Source of the DNA: Sminthopsis crassicaudata
Taxonomy: Eukaryota
Reading direction: 5' to 3'
Length of the DNA stretch: 64,000 bases
Assembly (NCBI RefSeq): GCF_048593235.1
Contig: NC_133620.1
Coordinates: 270,149,765 to 270,213,764, forward strand
Position numbers and translations under genes: made by a program. The notes beneath the pieces are model-generated. The model was not told the DNA's origin. It searched no databases and worked only from the letters and a program-made list of their open reading frames with translations. Numbering within the stretch: position 1 is the stretch's first letter; every line of letters begins with the position of its first letter. Below are positions 37,380-50,528 of the stretch, piece by piece.

Positions 37380-38500
37380 AATCAATCAACCATAAACATT
37401 AAATGCCTATGTATCAGGAACTGTCTTCAGAGATAGGGATACATAAAGATGCAAAAGATAAGTTAAAGTTATTACCCTCAAGAAGCTTACAATCTAATAG
37501 ACAAAGGACACCTAGATAGGGCAGTGGATAGAGCACCAGCCCTGAAGTCAGGAGGACCTGAGTTCAAATCTGGCCTTGGATAGCTGTGTGACTCTGGGCA
37601 AATCTCTTAACCCCAATTGCCTCAGCAAAAAAATGAAAAAAAAAAATCTAATAGTGACTTAGAAGACAAGAGAAAATATCCAGAGCTAAGAGACTGAGCT
37701 TCTTATTCACAGAGCAATCAGAAGGCTGAATCATTGGATCAAAGAGTAAGTGTAAAAAGAATGGAAAGATATGAAGGGGCTAGATTACAAACTCTACTCT
37801 GATTGCCAAATAAAGCATTTTATATTTGCTCTTCAGAGACAAAAGGAGAACTTTACAGAGTAAACACAATTAGACTAGTGTTTTATGAAAGCCCTTTAGT
37901 CTTTGAATGGAGGATATATTAGAATGAACTATCCACAACAATCTAGGCATGAGGTGATAAGGGTGTGTACTTAGAGCCATGGCAGTTGCCAGAGGAAAGA
38001 ACAACTGCAAAAGCAAAATCAACAAGCATTCACAATAGCTTAAATATTTGGGGGGGGGGAGAAAGAAGGGGTGTTGGGGTCAAAATGTGAGAGTGGCAGA
38101 TGAGAGATAGTGAAGAATATAGGATAATTTCTAAATTGGGAATCTTAGGGAAGGAGTGGATTGTGTTGTCCTCTATAGTAAAAGGGAAGGTGGGGGAGAG
38201 AACAAAGATTTAGTGGGAAAGATGAGTTCCCGTTTTGAACACCTTTTCTCCCATCCACTCTGGGTATCTTGAGTTTACATATCTACTAAGCACTGAATTC
38301 AAGATGGCTGAAAGGCAGCTAAAGATGCAAGACTGCAGAGTTTCAGTCAGGACAGGTAGATATGAGAATCATTGTATAGAAATGGTAATTTTGAAAAACC
38401 CCTATAGTTAGAGGCTGTAATCTGGCTGAAGGAATAGTCAGAGAGATATGAGAACCAAGAGACAGTGGTATCCTAAAAACCTAAAGAGGTTAGGAACATA
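37380..38500 (-). mobile_element. L2 fragment (contains the SINE at 37501-37644)
   Basis: L2 3' end rc aatcaatcaaccataaacattaaatgcctatgt...ccctcaagaagcttacaatctaatag. Confidence 0.75.
37501..37644 (+). mobile_element. WSINE1-type SINE with 10-bp TSD
   Basis: A/B-box region gcagtggatagagcacc...gagttcaaatc; TSD aatctaatag at 37491-37500 and 37645-37654. Confidence 0.93.
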
Positions 38501-38623
38501 GAGGTAGCAAAGTACAGGGAATAAAGGACAAGCTTCAGGATCAAGATATCTGTTTCAAGTCCTATTTCTGACACATAATAGCTCTGTGACCCTGGACATT
38601 TACACTCTTAGCACTCCAGGTAA

Positions 38624-39259
38624 ATGAAAGTTTCCAGGAGCCAAGATGGAAGAGTAAAAGTTGCTCAAGTTTTCCCAGTTTCCCTTAAAACCACATGAAA
38701 CCAGGCCTCTTAACAGTCTGATTGAAGGAAACTACTCTCCAACTCAAAATACACTAGGAGGACTTCAAGAAAAGTCAGTCTCACTAGAATCAGATTACAC
38801 CTCTAACTGTAGGCGTTTTTCAGAATTACCATTTCTCTACAATGATTCTGGAGAGACAATTTAAAAATTATTGGTCTACCTAGAGGGCATGACCAAAAGA
38901 GTGAGCATGTATAGAATTCTTCAGATCGTCAAGGAAAGCTGAACTGATGGTATACTAGAATCAAAAGATGGAAATCATTGAAAGAATCCATCAATCACCT
39001 TCAGAAAGTTCCCCAGAAGGAAAACCTCAAGAAATATTGCTGCAAAACTTCAGAACTATAATATCAAGGGGAAAAAAATTCAATAAGCTGCCAGAAAAAA
39101 AAAATTACACAGAATCTGGCAGCTTCTACAATAAAGGATTGGAAGGCCTGGAATACCATATTCTAAAATGCAAAGGACCTAAGATTACAACCAAGAATCA
39201 ACTATCCAGTGAGACTGAGCATCATCTTTCAAGGGAGGAGATGAATTTTCCACAAAGTA
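38624..39259 (+). mobile_element. Internally deleted L1 derivative (5'UTR head fused to ORF1 C-terminus), 14-bp TSD, no A-tail
   Basis: Starts ...ggagccaagatgg; ORF1 RRM/CTD-like IERIHQSP segment; TSD agcactccaggtaa at 38610-38623 and 39260-39273. Confidence 0.88.
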
Positions 39260-39565
39260 AGCACTCCAGGTAACTTCAATGCTAGAAGCTGCAGTTGTCA
39301 CTGTGCATGGGAAGAGGTTCCCTTAGTTGAAATCCCCTGCTGTGCTAAATTCAGATTGGGATAACCCTTACTAAAAGTAGGATACAGAAACATAAAAAAA
39401 GGGTCACTAAGGAAAATGAAATGGAGTAAATTTCTTTAAAAGGTTATGGCTCCACCTTTTAGTCTTCAAATTCTATAATTATCCTTTTACACTGCTACTA
39501 AAGGCCAGAAATTATGACAATGTTGATCTAGCATAACAATCATCTTTTAAACAATAGCTATTTAC

Positions 39566-39649
39566 CTTTTTAATTTCAGTTGTCTTTAATTTGGCACCTT
39601 CTTCCTCACCTTTCTGAAACTTCAAGGTTTTTTCTGGACTTTGAATTGG
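39566..39649 (-). CDS. CD2AP: CD2AP exon 15 equivalent (84 nt)
   Basis: ttctgtag|CCAATTCAA...AAAAAG|gtaaat; PIQSPEKTLKFQKGEEEGAKLKTTEIKK; phase 0/0; no other in-frame GT before the next in-frame stop. Confidence 0.9.
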
Positions 39650-40412
39650 CTACAGAATTAAAAGGAAAGTTGATTACAGGGGCATAATAGAAAAGAAAAA
39701 GGCAACAGGCTCTTGAATAACTCTATCTCAAGAAAATAAAAATAAGCTGGTTCTTGATGACCCTGAACTTTTCGAATTATGCATTTATTATATTTTAACA
39801 TTACAGCTACACCCTCATATATATTTTGGAGGTTTTCAAGAATAGAGTTTCTCTCTCATTTTGCTCTGAGAGATCAAAATTGAAGTGACTGCTGTTATAT
39901 GAATGCTACTGAAGAAATCTTTTAAAGATGAATTTATATTTCAATACTGTTATTTAATTACATAAAGCTGTTGGTTATTTTACCCACCTGAAATTTGCCA
40001 ACCTTATGTGTAGAATTTTTAAAATAAAAGAATATAGCATGATAGCAACTTGAAAGATGAGAAAAATGAAAAACAACATTCCTCTATTTGGTGCTTTATG
40101 ACTCATAAAATGCCTTTAACATATTTTGTTATTTAATCTGCACAATAAACTTGTGAAGGTAAATAGTGTATGATCATTTCCATTTTTAAGATAAAGAAAT
40201 TGAGAAAGAGTAAAAAAGAAAAAAATTTTAAAATTGGCTATGAGTACCCTTACTCACAGTTCATAAGATTTATAATCAAATTTAAATATCCTGACTCCAA
40301 AACTAGTGCTTTAATCATTATGCCATAATTAAACTATTTCTTACTCTTGCTTTGCCTTCCTTCAACACAGAGATCTCTGGATTCCAATGTTCACAAGTGT
40401 GTAAAAGCTCAG

Positions 40413-40425
40413 TATATATATATAT

Positions 40426-40472
<47 letters not shown>
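40413..40472. repeat. Compound (TA)n/(CA)n microsatellite
   Basis: TA run followed by ~17 CA units. Confidence 0.95.
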
Positions 40473-40473
<1 letters not shown>

Positions 40474-40579
40474 TTGGTAGGGGGGGGAAATGAAGGGAGA
40501 TACTAAGAGAAAGACATAGTAGAAAGAATTTTCTCTGTTATTGTTACATTTATATTTTCAAACTCAGTAAATAACTTAC

Positions 40580-40692
40580 ACTATGACCTCCATTGAAACG
40601 ACCAGGTAACCTTCGTCCAGGCATTTTTGGTCTATTTGCAGTAAGATGTAAAAGGTTTTCGGAGGTAGCTATGTCATCAAAATTTACAGCAT
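40580..40692 (-). CDS. CD2AP: CD2AP exon 14 equivalent (113 nt; CARMIL-type capping protein interaction motif)
   Basis: cttctag|ATGCTGTA...CATAGT|gtaagt; (D)[37 protein letters not shown] contains the LxHxTxxRPK(x6)P CPI motif; phase 1/0. Confidence 0.97.
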
Positions 40693-43540
40693 CTAGAAGA
40701 TGAAAATAAACATGTAGATAATTTATTTTATTAGACATAAAACCTTAATGAAATTTTTGTTTCTGAAAACTATAAACTAAAAGAACATTGAATTTAATAT
40801 TCATGAAGTTATATTGTTTTTTTCTTATGTATTTGGAAAGCAAAAACAAATTCAATTTTTGATGTAATTCAACTAACCCAATAAAAAGGATTTTCCTAAT
40901 TAAGATAATGTTCATGTACAGAAGTAGTCTTCAAAAAGTACTTTTGAGAAAAAGAATATGTCATTTAAATATGGAACCACAGCTACTTAGAAAGAGTATA
41001 AAAACCTGCTTTAAAAAAAAAAGAGACAAACAAAAACAAAAATAACATGCAAAAAACCCACAGGCTATTTTAAAAAGTGAAACATTAACTATTACGTGTC
41101 TCAAAACAAAGAAAAACATGGATACATAAAAACCATTTAAAACATCAAGTCATAAGTTTATGTGGACATGATTTCATTTATATATAACAGTGTACTTCCA
41201 CATGAAATTGTTTCTCAGTACAAGGAAAAAGTTGTTCTGTGTTGTTCTGTTTAATCTGATACATCTAGGGTTATAACTAAGCTCTCAAGAAATTCACTGA
41301 GCAACTGGGTTAGTTTTACTTTCTGCTATACTTGCTATATTAATCCCAGGACAAGGAGAATATGAGAAAAAGGCAATAGAAAACATCATCTTATTTGTCA
41401 CTATTAAAGTTTGATACATCATTCTGTAGGTGCCTGTTTTTCCTATGATTTCACCCCTTATATTTACTCATGCCTCATATGCCACAGTTGGTAAGCAAAA
41501 GATTCTAAGGGAAATGTGAGTCATTCTAGTGTAGACTTAATTCTGAATATTAAATCTTTCTAGACTGTCCCAACAAAAGTGACCTGGAGGTAAACTGTCT
41601 CATAATGCAGTAGACAATTCTGGGTTCTCTCAGATCTAGATCAATACTCTTTCCATTTACTCCCACCTGAATCCTAGGTAACATTAAATTCTGATTCATT
41701 TTTTTTTATTAAAATACTTTCATTTTTCTAAAGCATTCTAAAGTTACATTTTAACCCAATATCCATGGTCTATTCTAGCTCTCACCAATTTTTTTTCTGT
41801 GTGAGGAGAAAATGTATTAGGAGTTGAAAATAGACCATCTAACAATGCTAATTTTATAGCAAAAATAATACCTTTCATTGGAATAATAGTCATCACTTTT
41901 CCAACTTCCTATTCTGATTATTTATCTCAACTTTGCTGTTACTAAACTACATATTTTTTTTAAAAGGAATTCTGAGGATATTTTTGCCAATTAATTTTTT
42001 AAAAACCTCTTGTCAAGATGTACATTTATATTTATAAATTCGCCACAGATGCTATATGTAAAAAGAAAAATGTTTTCTCTATTTTGAATGTGCAAATTTG
42101 CTTTTGGTAGTGCTAAAAATGTTTTATTTAAACTACAGTAACTAGTATAATCAATCATCTTGGATTTATAGTTATTATGTTGAATGCATATTTAAGCAGT
42201 TAACAGAAAGAAAAATTAAAAAATGGTAAAAGGTAAAAGAAGAAAAAAATGGAAAAAACAAAAAAGTAAGATGAATTTTTAACGCTGCATACCATACACA
42301 TTAAAAAAAACACATTCCATGTAACCAACAACAAACAATAGCAGTAATATTTTTGAGCTCTCTACAGATGACTAATCTTAATTTAGCAATTTACTTGTTT
42401 TTAAGTTAGTTGAAAAAATATATACCCTAAGGTCATGAAATATTTAATAAGATCATACTTCCATATATTTAAATCCTCAAACATATCACTTAAATACATT
42501 CCTTTTAAAATATCCTTTAAAATATTTAAATCCTTAAATTTTGTTTGAGTAACAACAGTACATTAATATAGCCAAAATTAATCATTTAATTACTTTCAAA
42601 TGACCTAAATTTTTCTTTGGCTGCTCAAGACAGGGTTATTAACAAGTTAAAGTACAACAACCAATGTTTAAAGAACATTAGAATATTTCTAAGATTTCAA
42701 GATTGCAAAGATCTATATATATGTTTAAAAATTATTTGGCATAATCCTTTTATCTACTTATAGAAATGTTTCCAAAGAGATTTGCTTTTTTTTCCTCACA
42801 AAAACCAAAATGTTAAGCATAAACATTGATAGACATTACTTTTATAAAAAGACAAGTCTATATATACACCTATGTCTAGTGAGAATACCAGTTGTTGTTG
42901 TGTTTTTTGTTTTTTGTTTTTAATAGAATAGCATCTTACCAAAATGGAGAAAGGTAGGGTAAATTCCTGACACGTAAGAAGGGAAACATGGCAAACAGGA
43001 TAGGAAACAAAATCTGGAAAGAAAAGTCAAGGATAGGAATGTCTAGAAAAAAGATTCTGAACCCAAAAATCATTTTACAAAGCAGGAAAAAGAAACACTG
43101 GTAGAAGGAACAACACAGTTTCATTATTCAGCATATTGATTGTATATGGTTTTACATAATACACTTAAAAATGAACTGGTTCTTATTTGAGTTTTATCCT
43201 TTTAATGATTAAATGAGCCTGCTTCAACAAACTGTAACTAAAGGTTCAGAAGTAAATAAATTTAGAAGGACAGTTAAGGGGTACAGTAGATAGAGTACCA
43301 GCTCTGAAATCAAGAGGTCCTGAGGTCAAATCTATGTACTTCATAATACAACAAGAAAAATGCCATCCTTCAGGGAGAAAAAAACCTGAGAAAAAGTGAA
43401 TTTCCCCCCAACCCATGATAAAATAAAGCATCATGAACAGTAGATGAAGTACTGGACTTAGAAGTCAATGAAACCAAGAAACTGATAAGCCACTACCTTA
43501 TGCTTGAAGACAAACTTCCTAGCTTTTTACAAATAACGTC

Positions 43541-44286
43541 ACAGATTATGCTCAAAGGACTATCAAACTGTGCATACCCTTTGATCCAACAGTGCTTCTA
43601 CTGGGTCTGTATTCCAAAGGGATCATAAAAAAGGGAAAATGATCCATATATGCAAAAATGTTTGTATAGCAGCCCTTTTTTTGTAGCGGCAAGGAATAGG
43701 AAACTGAGTGGATGCCCATCAGTTGGGAAATGGCTGGATAGGTTATGGTATATGAATGTAACGGAATAGAACAATCTTTTTGTTCTATAAAAAACAATCA
43801 ACAGGATGATTTCAGAGAGGCCTGGAGAGACTTATATGAACTGATGCTAAGTGAAATGAGCAGAACCTGGAGATCACTGTACATAGCAACAAGATTATAT
43901 GATGATCAACCATGATGGACTTGACTCTTTTCACCAATGAGGTGATTCAGGCCATTTCCAATAGACTTATGATGGAGAGTCATCTGAATCCAGAGAAGGG
44001 TTTATAGGGACTGAATATAAATCACAAATAGTTTTCATTTTGTTGTTGTTGTTGTTTTTTCCCTTTCTCATTTTTTCCCCTTTTTGATCTGGTTTTTCTT
44101 GTGCAGCATGCTAAATGTGGAAATATGTTTAGAAAAAACTGCACATGTTTAACCTATATTGGACTATTTGCTATCTAGGGGATAAAGAGAGAAAAATAAG
44201 GAACACAAGGATTTGCAGGAGAAAATGTTGAAAACTATCTTTGCGTGTATTTAAAAAAATAAAAAGCTACTGTTATTAAAATAAAT
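43541..44286 (+). mobile_element. 5'-truncated L1 (ORF2 end + 3'UTR)
   Basis: tatgctcaaaggactatcaaactgtgcataccctttgatcc...aaaaataaaaagcta. Confidence 0.9.
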
Positions 44287-44336
44287 CAATGAAGTCAGAT
44301 TTCCTTAGAGGAAGTTCACATACTAGTAGTTTCTTA

Positions 44337-44464
44337 NNNNNNNNNNNNNNNNNNNNNNNNNNNNNNNNNNNNNNNNNNNNNNNNNNNNNNNNNNNNNNNN
44401 NNNNNNNNNNNNNNNNNNNNNNNNNNNNNNNNNNNNNNNNNNNNNNNNNNNNNNNNNNNNNNNN
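44337..44464. other. Assembly gap (128 N)
   Basis: Run of n. Confidence 1.
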
Positions 44465-44546
44465 TCTCGATTTAGATATATACAAATGTAATATACATAT
44501 GAAAATTTGGTCTATGCATGGAATTCAAGAGCTAATATGTTCACGT

Positions 44547-44818
44547 AGTTACTATCTGTATTCCTTGTTAAAAAAGATATATGTGATAAAGCAACACATT
44601 TTTTCTAGCAGCTTCAAAGAAAATTTCTCTATATTAGTTATCATTATTATTATTTTCATAGCTTTTAAGATTCGGAGTGGTGGGGAACTTAAAAACTATC
44701 TCGTCACATTATTTCACTTTTATAGGTAAGGAAACAGACCCAGAAAAATTAGGTAAAGTAACCAAGTTCAAACAGGCAGAAAATGCTAGAACCAGATTCA
44801 AATCCAGATCCCTCTGAC
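44547..44818 (+). repeat. ~270-bp near-identical direct repeat, donor copy (second copy at 45582-45850)
   Basis: agttactatctgtattccttg...ccagatccctctgac; about 4 substitutions and one 3-bp indel between the copies. Confidence 0.95.
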
Positions 44819-45581
44819 TCTAAATCCAGCACCTTTACATTTTCATAAAATAAACCAGTATGGCATATTTTCCCAAGTTAAAAGTTAATGAGTAAACCTG
44901 AAAAACTCATATATTATTAAATTGGATGATGTCAAAAAATACAAATAAATTTTGATCATTTTTTCCCCTAAAATACATTTTTCTGTTTTTTAAATTTTTA
45001 TATATGACTTTTTAAAAACATCATTAATCAAGAGTTATCTACCTTTTATACCCCTGTTTGGTAAAGAATAAACTTTTAATAACAGTGAAAAGTACATTTT
45101 CTGTTTTTCTATAATAGTTCCTTTTTAAGATATAGGTCATATATCCCTTTAGAACTTCCTATGTAATATGGTATCAGGTATTATTAATCTAATCCCTATT
45201 TCTATTGGGAAACTACTTTTCCCAGTAGTTTTATTCAACTAAGGAGTCTTCCAAATTTATATTTTTTAGTTTTCTCAAACAATGAGTTATTAGATTCCAT
45301 TGTTTGTAACTCTTCCACAGTTCTAGTCTGTTTTTATCTTCATCTCTTTTTTTCCTACTTCCCTTTTGCTTTTCTAAATTAATTTCATAGTTTGGCAAAG
45401 CATTAAAATTGTAAATTAACTTTGGTCTTACTGTCATTTTTATTATATAGGCACAGTTGTAAAATGAATATTCCTTAACCTATTTGTTTAGTCATTTTGG
45501 TAGTATTCAACTTTTTGTGATTCCATTTGGAGTTTTTTTCTTGGCAAAGATACTGAAATAGTTTGCTATTTTTTCTAGATA

Positions 45582-45850
45582 AGTTACTATCTGTATTCCT
45601 TGTTAAAAAAGATATATGAGATAAAGCAACACATTTTTTCTAGCAGCTTCAAAGAAAATTTCTCTATATTAGTTATTATTATTATTTTCATAGCTTTTAA
45701 GATTCGGAGTGGTGGGGAACTTAAAAACTAACTCATCACATTATTTCACTTTTATAGGTAAGGAAACAGACCCAGAAAAATTAGGTAAAGTAACCAAGTT
45801 CAAATAGGCAGAAAATGCTAGAACCAGATTCAAATCCAGATCCCTCTGAC
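45582..45850 (+). repeat. ~270-bp repeat, copy inserted inside a Mar1-type SINE
   Basis: The SINE halves flank it (45510-45581 and ~45848-45955). Confidence 0.92.
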
Positions 45851-45959
45851 AGAGATATGGGATTTGTCCAAAGACACATACAGCTAATAAGTATCTAAGA
45901 CCAGATTTGAACTCAGGAAGAGGAGTCTTCAGAACTCTATACATTGCACCACTTAGCAA

Positions 45960-47030
45960 ATCATAAGCTATTTAAATTGTTCTTTATTTTTTTTCATTAA
46001 GCATTCTGTAACGGAATTTATAAAGGTATTTTATGTACTTTTATAGACCTTGAGTATTTTGAGCATTATATAATTATTTGCAATGAGATTTCCCTTAGAA
46101 TTTATTGATCTCAATTTTTGTATGTTTATTCACAATCTGAAATTTTGCTGAAGCAATTGTTTTAATATCTTTGCCAGGTTTCTGTTTTTTAAGTAAATCA
46201 TCATGTCAACAGCAAATAGGGATCGTTTTTTCTGCACTTTTCCTTTCATTATACTTTTCTTTCTCATGTTGCTATTACTTAGAACTTATAGAATTGTGTG
46301 TATGTGTGTATAAAAATACAGTGAATTGCATCTTTAATTTACTCTTCAGGAAAAGCTTCCAGTCTATCTTCAAGTAATATAGGATTTTTTTTTTTTTTCC
46401 TGAAGCAATTGAGGTTAAGTGACTTGCCCAGGGTCACAGCCAGGAAATGCTAAGTGTCTAAGGCCAGATTTGAACTTGGCTCCTCCTGACTTCAGGGCTG
46501 CTGCTCTATCCACTGCATCACTTAGCTACCTCATATAAGATATTTTTTTTTTTTTTTAAATTTTTCTTTGCCTATACTTTGTAAGGTTTTGTTTTGTTTT
46601 CTAAACATGAGCATTATCCTTTGTCAGAGGCTTTTTGCTGTTTGTGTCACGTTAATCATATGGATTTAGATTTTTTTTGCTTTTTAGCAAGATACATCAT
46701 ATTTAGTGTTTTATGAATGCTGAATTATTGTTACATGTCTGATATATATCCAATCTGGTCATAATGAACTGTTTCTTGAATATATATGCCTTGGATGTAG
46801 TCTGTTTGACAAAGATTTAAATTTTTTTTTAAATGATACTTGTCTAAATTTCTAATAATACTGGTCTAGTTCTCCTATGCTTTAATTATTCTCTGGTTTA
46901 GGTTAGGAGGATGACATCTGTCTCATAAAAGGAGTCCCAACAGGATGTTTTTTCTTCTCAAATTTTGAGAATAATTTGTGTATCAGTACTATCTTAAAAG
47001 TTTGAAATATTTTTCCTATGAATATATGGG
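45960..47030 (-). mobile_element. Decayed L1 ORF2 fragment (contains the SINE at 46385-46532)
   Basis: T-rich reverse L1 motifs (taaatcatcatgtcaacagcaaataggga; aattttgagaataatttg). Confidence 0.75.
46385..46532 (-). mobile_element. WSINE1-type SINE
   Basis: T-tail then gcaattgaggttaagtgacttgcccagggtcac...ctctatccactgcatcacttagct. Confidence 0.92.
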
Positions 47031-47814
47031 CCCCATTAATCTTATTTTTATGTTTTTGTTTTCTTTTTTTCTTTCTTTTTTTAGGGGGGAGGTGAGAGAA
47101 GGAGAGGCAATGATAGATGTTGTTCTTCTAAGACTGGATTAAAATTTCTAAGGGGTCCTTGATTAATATGAGTATTTTACATTTGTGATAAGCTTTTATT
47201 GCTAAGGCTCCATTTGGATATATGTGGGACTATGCTTTTCAAAATGTCAGGATGTCATAAAAAGAGAAAAATAAATTGAAATTAAGAACATTACTAAATT
47301 AGACTGCCACTAAGTTCCTCTCTATTTTTAAATATAGCCCTAATACCTAAATGAAAAATAAAAATAAACAGTTTAAGATATGTGAAAAAGGCAAAGTTAT
47401 ATATACTCCAATAGTTTTTATATACACTCCAGGACTTTTTGTATCCCATTGGGCCTATACATATGTGCCTATATAGATGAAATAACTATTTGTAGACCTA
47501 ACTATATATTAACCAACTCTCCAATATTTAATTGTATGATAAAATTTGTTTAATTCCATATAGCCTTAAGTTGTGAGATGACTGTGCTATAGCAAAAATC
47601 ATTATTCTAGTAATTTTAATGACTGAATTTTTATATCAGTAAATCCCTGCACTATCTATTTTGGATATATTGATTAAAGCAAGGACTCCATCTAGATATA
47701 AGATAGAGCAGGAAAGGATTTTTTCAGTCAAAAATAAAGTGGTTTTTCTTTTAAATCTAATTATATGTCTGGTTCATATGGTATTAAATGCACCATATAT
47801 ATACACATATATGT

Positions 47815-48530
47815 AAAAGATGATAGGAAAAGATAATGATAAATGTTGGAAGGGATGTGGAAAAACTGACACACTAATGCATTATTGGTGGAATTGTACA
47901 ATGATGCAACTATTCTGGAGAACAATTTGGAATTATGCCCAAAAGGCTATAAAATTGTGTATACGCTTTGATTCAGCTATTGACTCTGTATTCCAAAAAA
48001 AAAATCAGAAAAGAGAAGGACCTACATGTACAAAAATGTTTGTAGTCTTTTTTATGGTGACAAAGAATTGGAAAACGAGTAGAATCCCATCAATTGGGAA
48101 ATGGCTGAATAAGTTATGGTAAATGAAAATAATGGAATATATTTCTATGAAAATCATGAATAGGCTGATTTTTAGAAAGGTCTGGAGTTACATGAAGTGA
48201 TGCTGAGGGATACAAGCAGAAACAATAAGACACTGTACACTGTAACAGTAAGACTGTGTGATGATCAACTATTATAGACTTGGTACTTCTCAGCAGTTCA
48301 GTGATCCAAAGCAACCCCAATAAACTTTGGATGAAAAAAGCTATCCACATGCAAAGAGAGAACTATGGAGACTAAATGTAAATCACATATAGTATGTTCA
48401 CTTTTTTTTTCTCTTTTTCTTCTGTGTTTTTTTCACTTTTGTTCTAATTTTTCTCTCCCAACATGATTCATTAAAAAAAAAAAAAAGCTTAAAAAAAAAG
48501 TTGTACATGTATAGCCAAAATTAAAAAAAA
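47815..48530 (+). mobile_element. 5'-truncated L1 (ORF2 end + 3'UTR)
   Basis: ORF track MIGKDNDKCWKGCGKTDTLMHYWWNC is the L1 ORF2 cysteine-rich end; A-rich tail. Confidence 0.9.
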
Positions 48531-50528
48531 TAAATGTTTTATTTGTTAGAAATTTCTCAAAAACAATATTATATAACTAAAACAAATTTCAGAGGCAAAA
48601 ATGAAAACACAAAAGATGCTTGAAAACTTGAGGTTATTTAAAGAGACAGAAAGGGAACTAATAAATTATTGCCCTAAGAAACAGATGATCACATTCTAAA
48701 CAAGCATGTAATGGAATTAAAAATCAAAGATATTATAGTATGTTGTTAAATATCTTAATAAAATTAATCAGGAAATTTTATACGAGGCCCTGAACACCTT
48801 CCCCAAATAAGTATCAAAAAATCTGAGACTAGAAAAAAAATTATAAATTAGAAATAAGGATGCTCAAAGATTCTATATTTATCTATATATATAGATCTAT
48901 GTATCTACCTACCTGTCTATCTATCTAATTGCACTTTCAGGAACCAAATTCGAACAAAATTCCTTAACCTACTCAACCCACTTCCTTGACTTTTAAAATT
49001 AGATTGTAATTTTGGTACCAAAATTTGAAAATTTTTTCAATGCACTTCAAAATTATAAATAATTGAGATTTGCTTATATAAAAAAAACATAAAAACCAAG
49101 GTAAAGATATTTTAAAAAGAAAACAAAGTAGCTCCTTTTATTTAAATCAAAAGCTAAGTAGGTGAAGAAATTCTTGTTAAAAAATATTCTGAAACTAAAG
49201 CCTTTAAAATCTAAATGTTCTAAGTAATTCTCTAAAGATTATAAATTGCAGAGACCATATCAATCTTCATCAGTACATGTAGATTCTTTATTCAAGTTCC
49301 CTACACTTTAGCAAAGACATGTCTAGTCCCTATTCTCAACATGCCTTGTCCTTGATGGGAAAGATCCAAACTTGGGAATAATCAAGAATTAAGCCCTTTG
49401 TAGAGGATAGTTACTAAAAGAAGGGGAGCAGGATACTGTTTGAGAATAATCTAAAAATTTAGAAAACCAAAAAAGAAATGATAAAAATAGAGCATGGTAT
49501 TACTTACAAAGGAAAAATAAAATGCAAAAATTTCCAAACAAAAGTTAATATAATTTAAAAAAAAGTATAATAATGAAATAAATAAATAGAAAGGCTGATA
49601 AAGCAGTAGTGAAAAGGCACTGCGTTGAATGTAAGCTATTATAAAACTACTATTGTATGTATTGGTTACATCACTAACTCAACCTGTCCATATGCTATCT
49701 TAAATGACAAATGAAAACACATTCACTTTAGTTGCATGATGGTAATAAAGAGAAAAAAGCATTATTTGTGAATATGTTTTTAAAAAGTAAAAAGCATGTA
49801 AGTGCAAAATGTGATTAAAAAGTGACAGTAGTGATATGACATAGAATTATAAAATAATCTTCACAAGATTTTGTATACCAGTGAAACATAAATCTCACAG
49901 TTCACTTTCTAATTCTGCAACCCCAGGGATGGGAGGGAATGAGAAAAGGTATAGAGCATAGTCACAAAGATGAATATAGAAAATCTGTTTTTAAAATAAA
50001 TGAATAGATAAATATCAGTCAGCTTATGAGAAAAGATTATGAAAGATTATTCAAATGTGTAAAAAGTCTTTATATAGACTCTACTTAATTAAAGATAGAG
50101 TACAAAAAGAAACTATCTTAAAATACAATAGGGAGGAATCAATATTTCTTAAACCTAATAGTGTTGTTGAGCACTGAAAAAAAAAAGACCAATAAAAGCT
50201 GTGGAATTTCTTTGACCCTATTTGAAAACAGGATGAATTCTGCCTTATGTGGGACAGTTTCGGTGGTTTAAGGGAAATGTGCTCTCAAAATCCCTTGCTG
50301 TCTTATTACTAATTAGAACTACACTATATAGCCGAAAATCATTTAAGTCATTCATCTTCAAATTAGTTTCATTTTTTCAATCAAACTTCATATAATATGA
50401 ATACAAACCATCAATTCTACTTTTTACACTAAAATTCATACATAAAGGACCTATATATGTTAGGAGTTTAATGAGAAGTGCATTTAAAGATTTAAAATTT
50501 TAAGAGATTATTTTATTTGTTAACGTAC

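Noticed and set aside
38968-39273. 101-aa ORF (MEIIERIHQSP...)
   Set aside because: A frameshifted L1 ORF1 remnant; reported as a mobile element instead.
44276-44729. ORFs of 69 and 146 aa
   Set aside because: Artefacts of translating through the 128-N gap.
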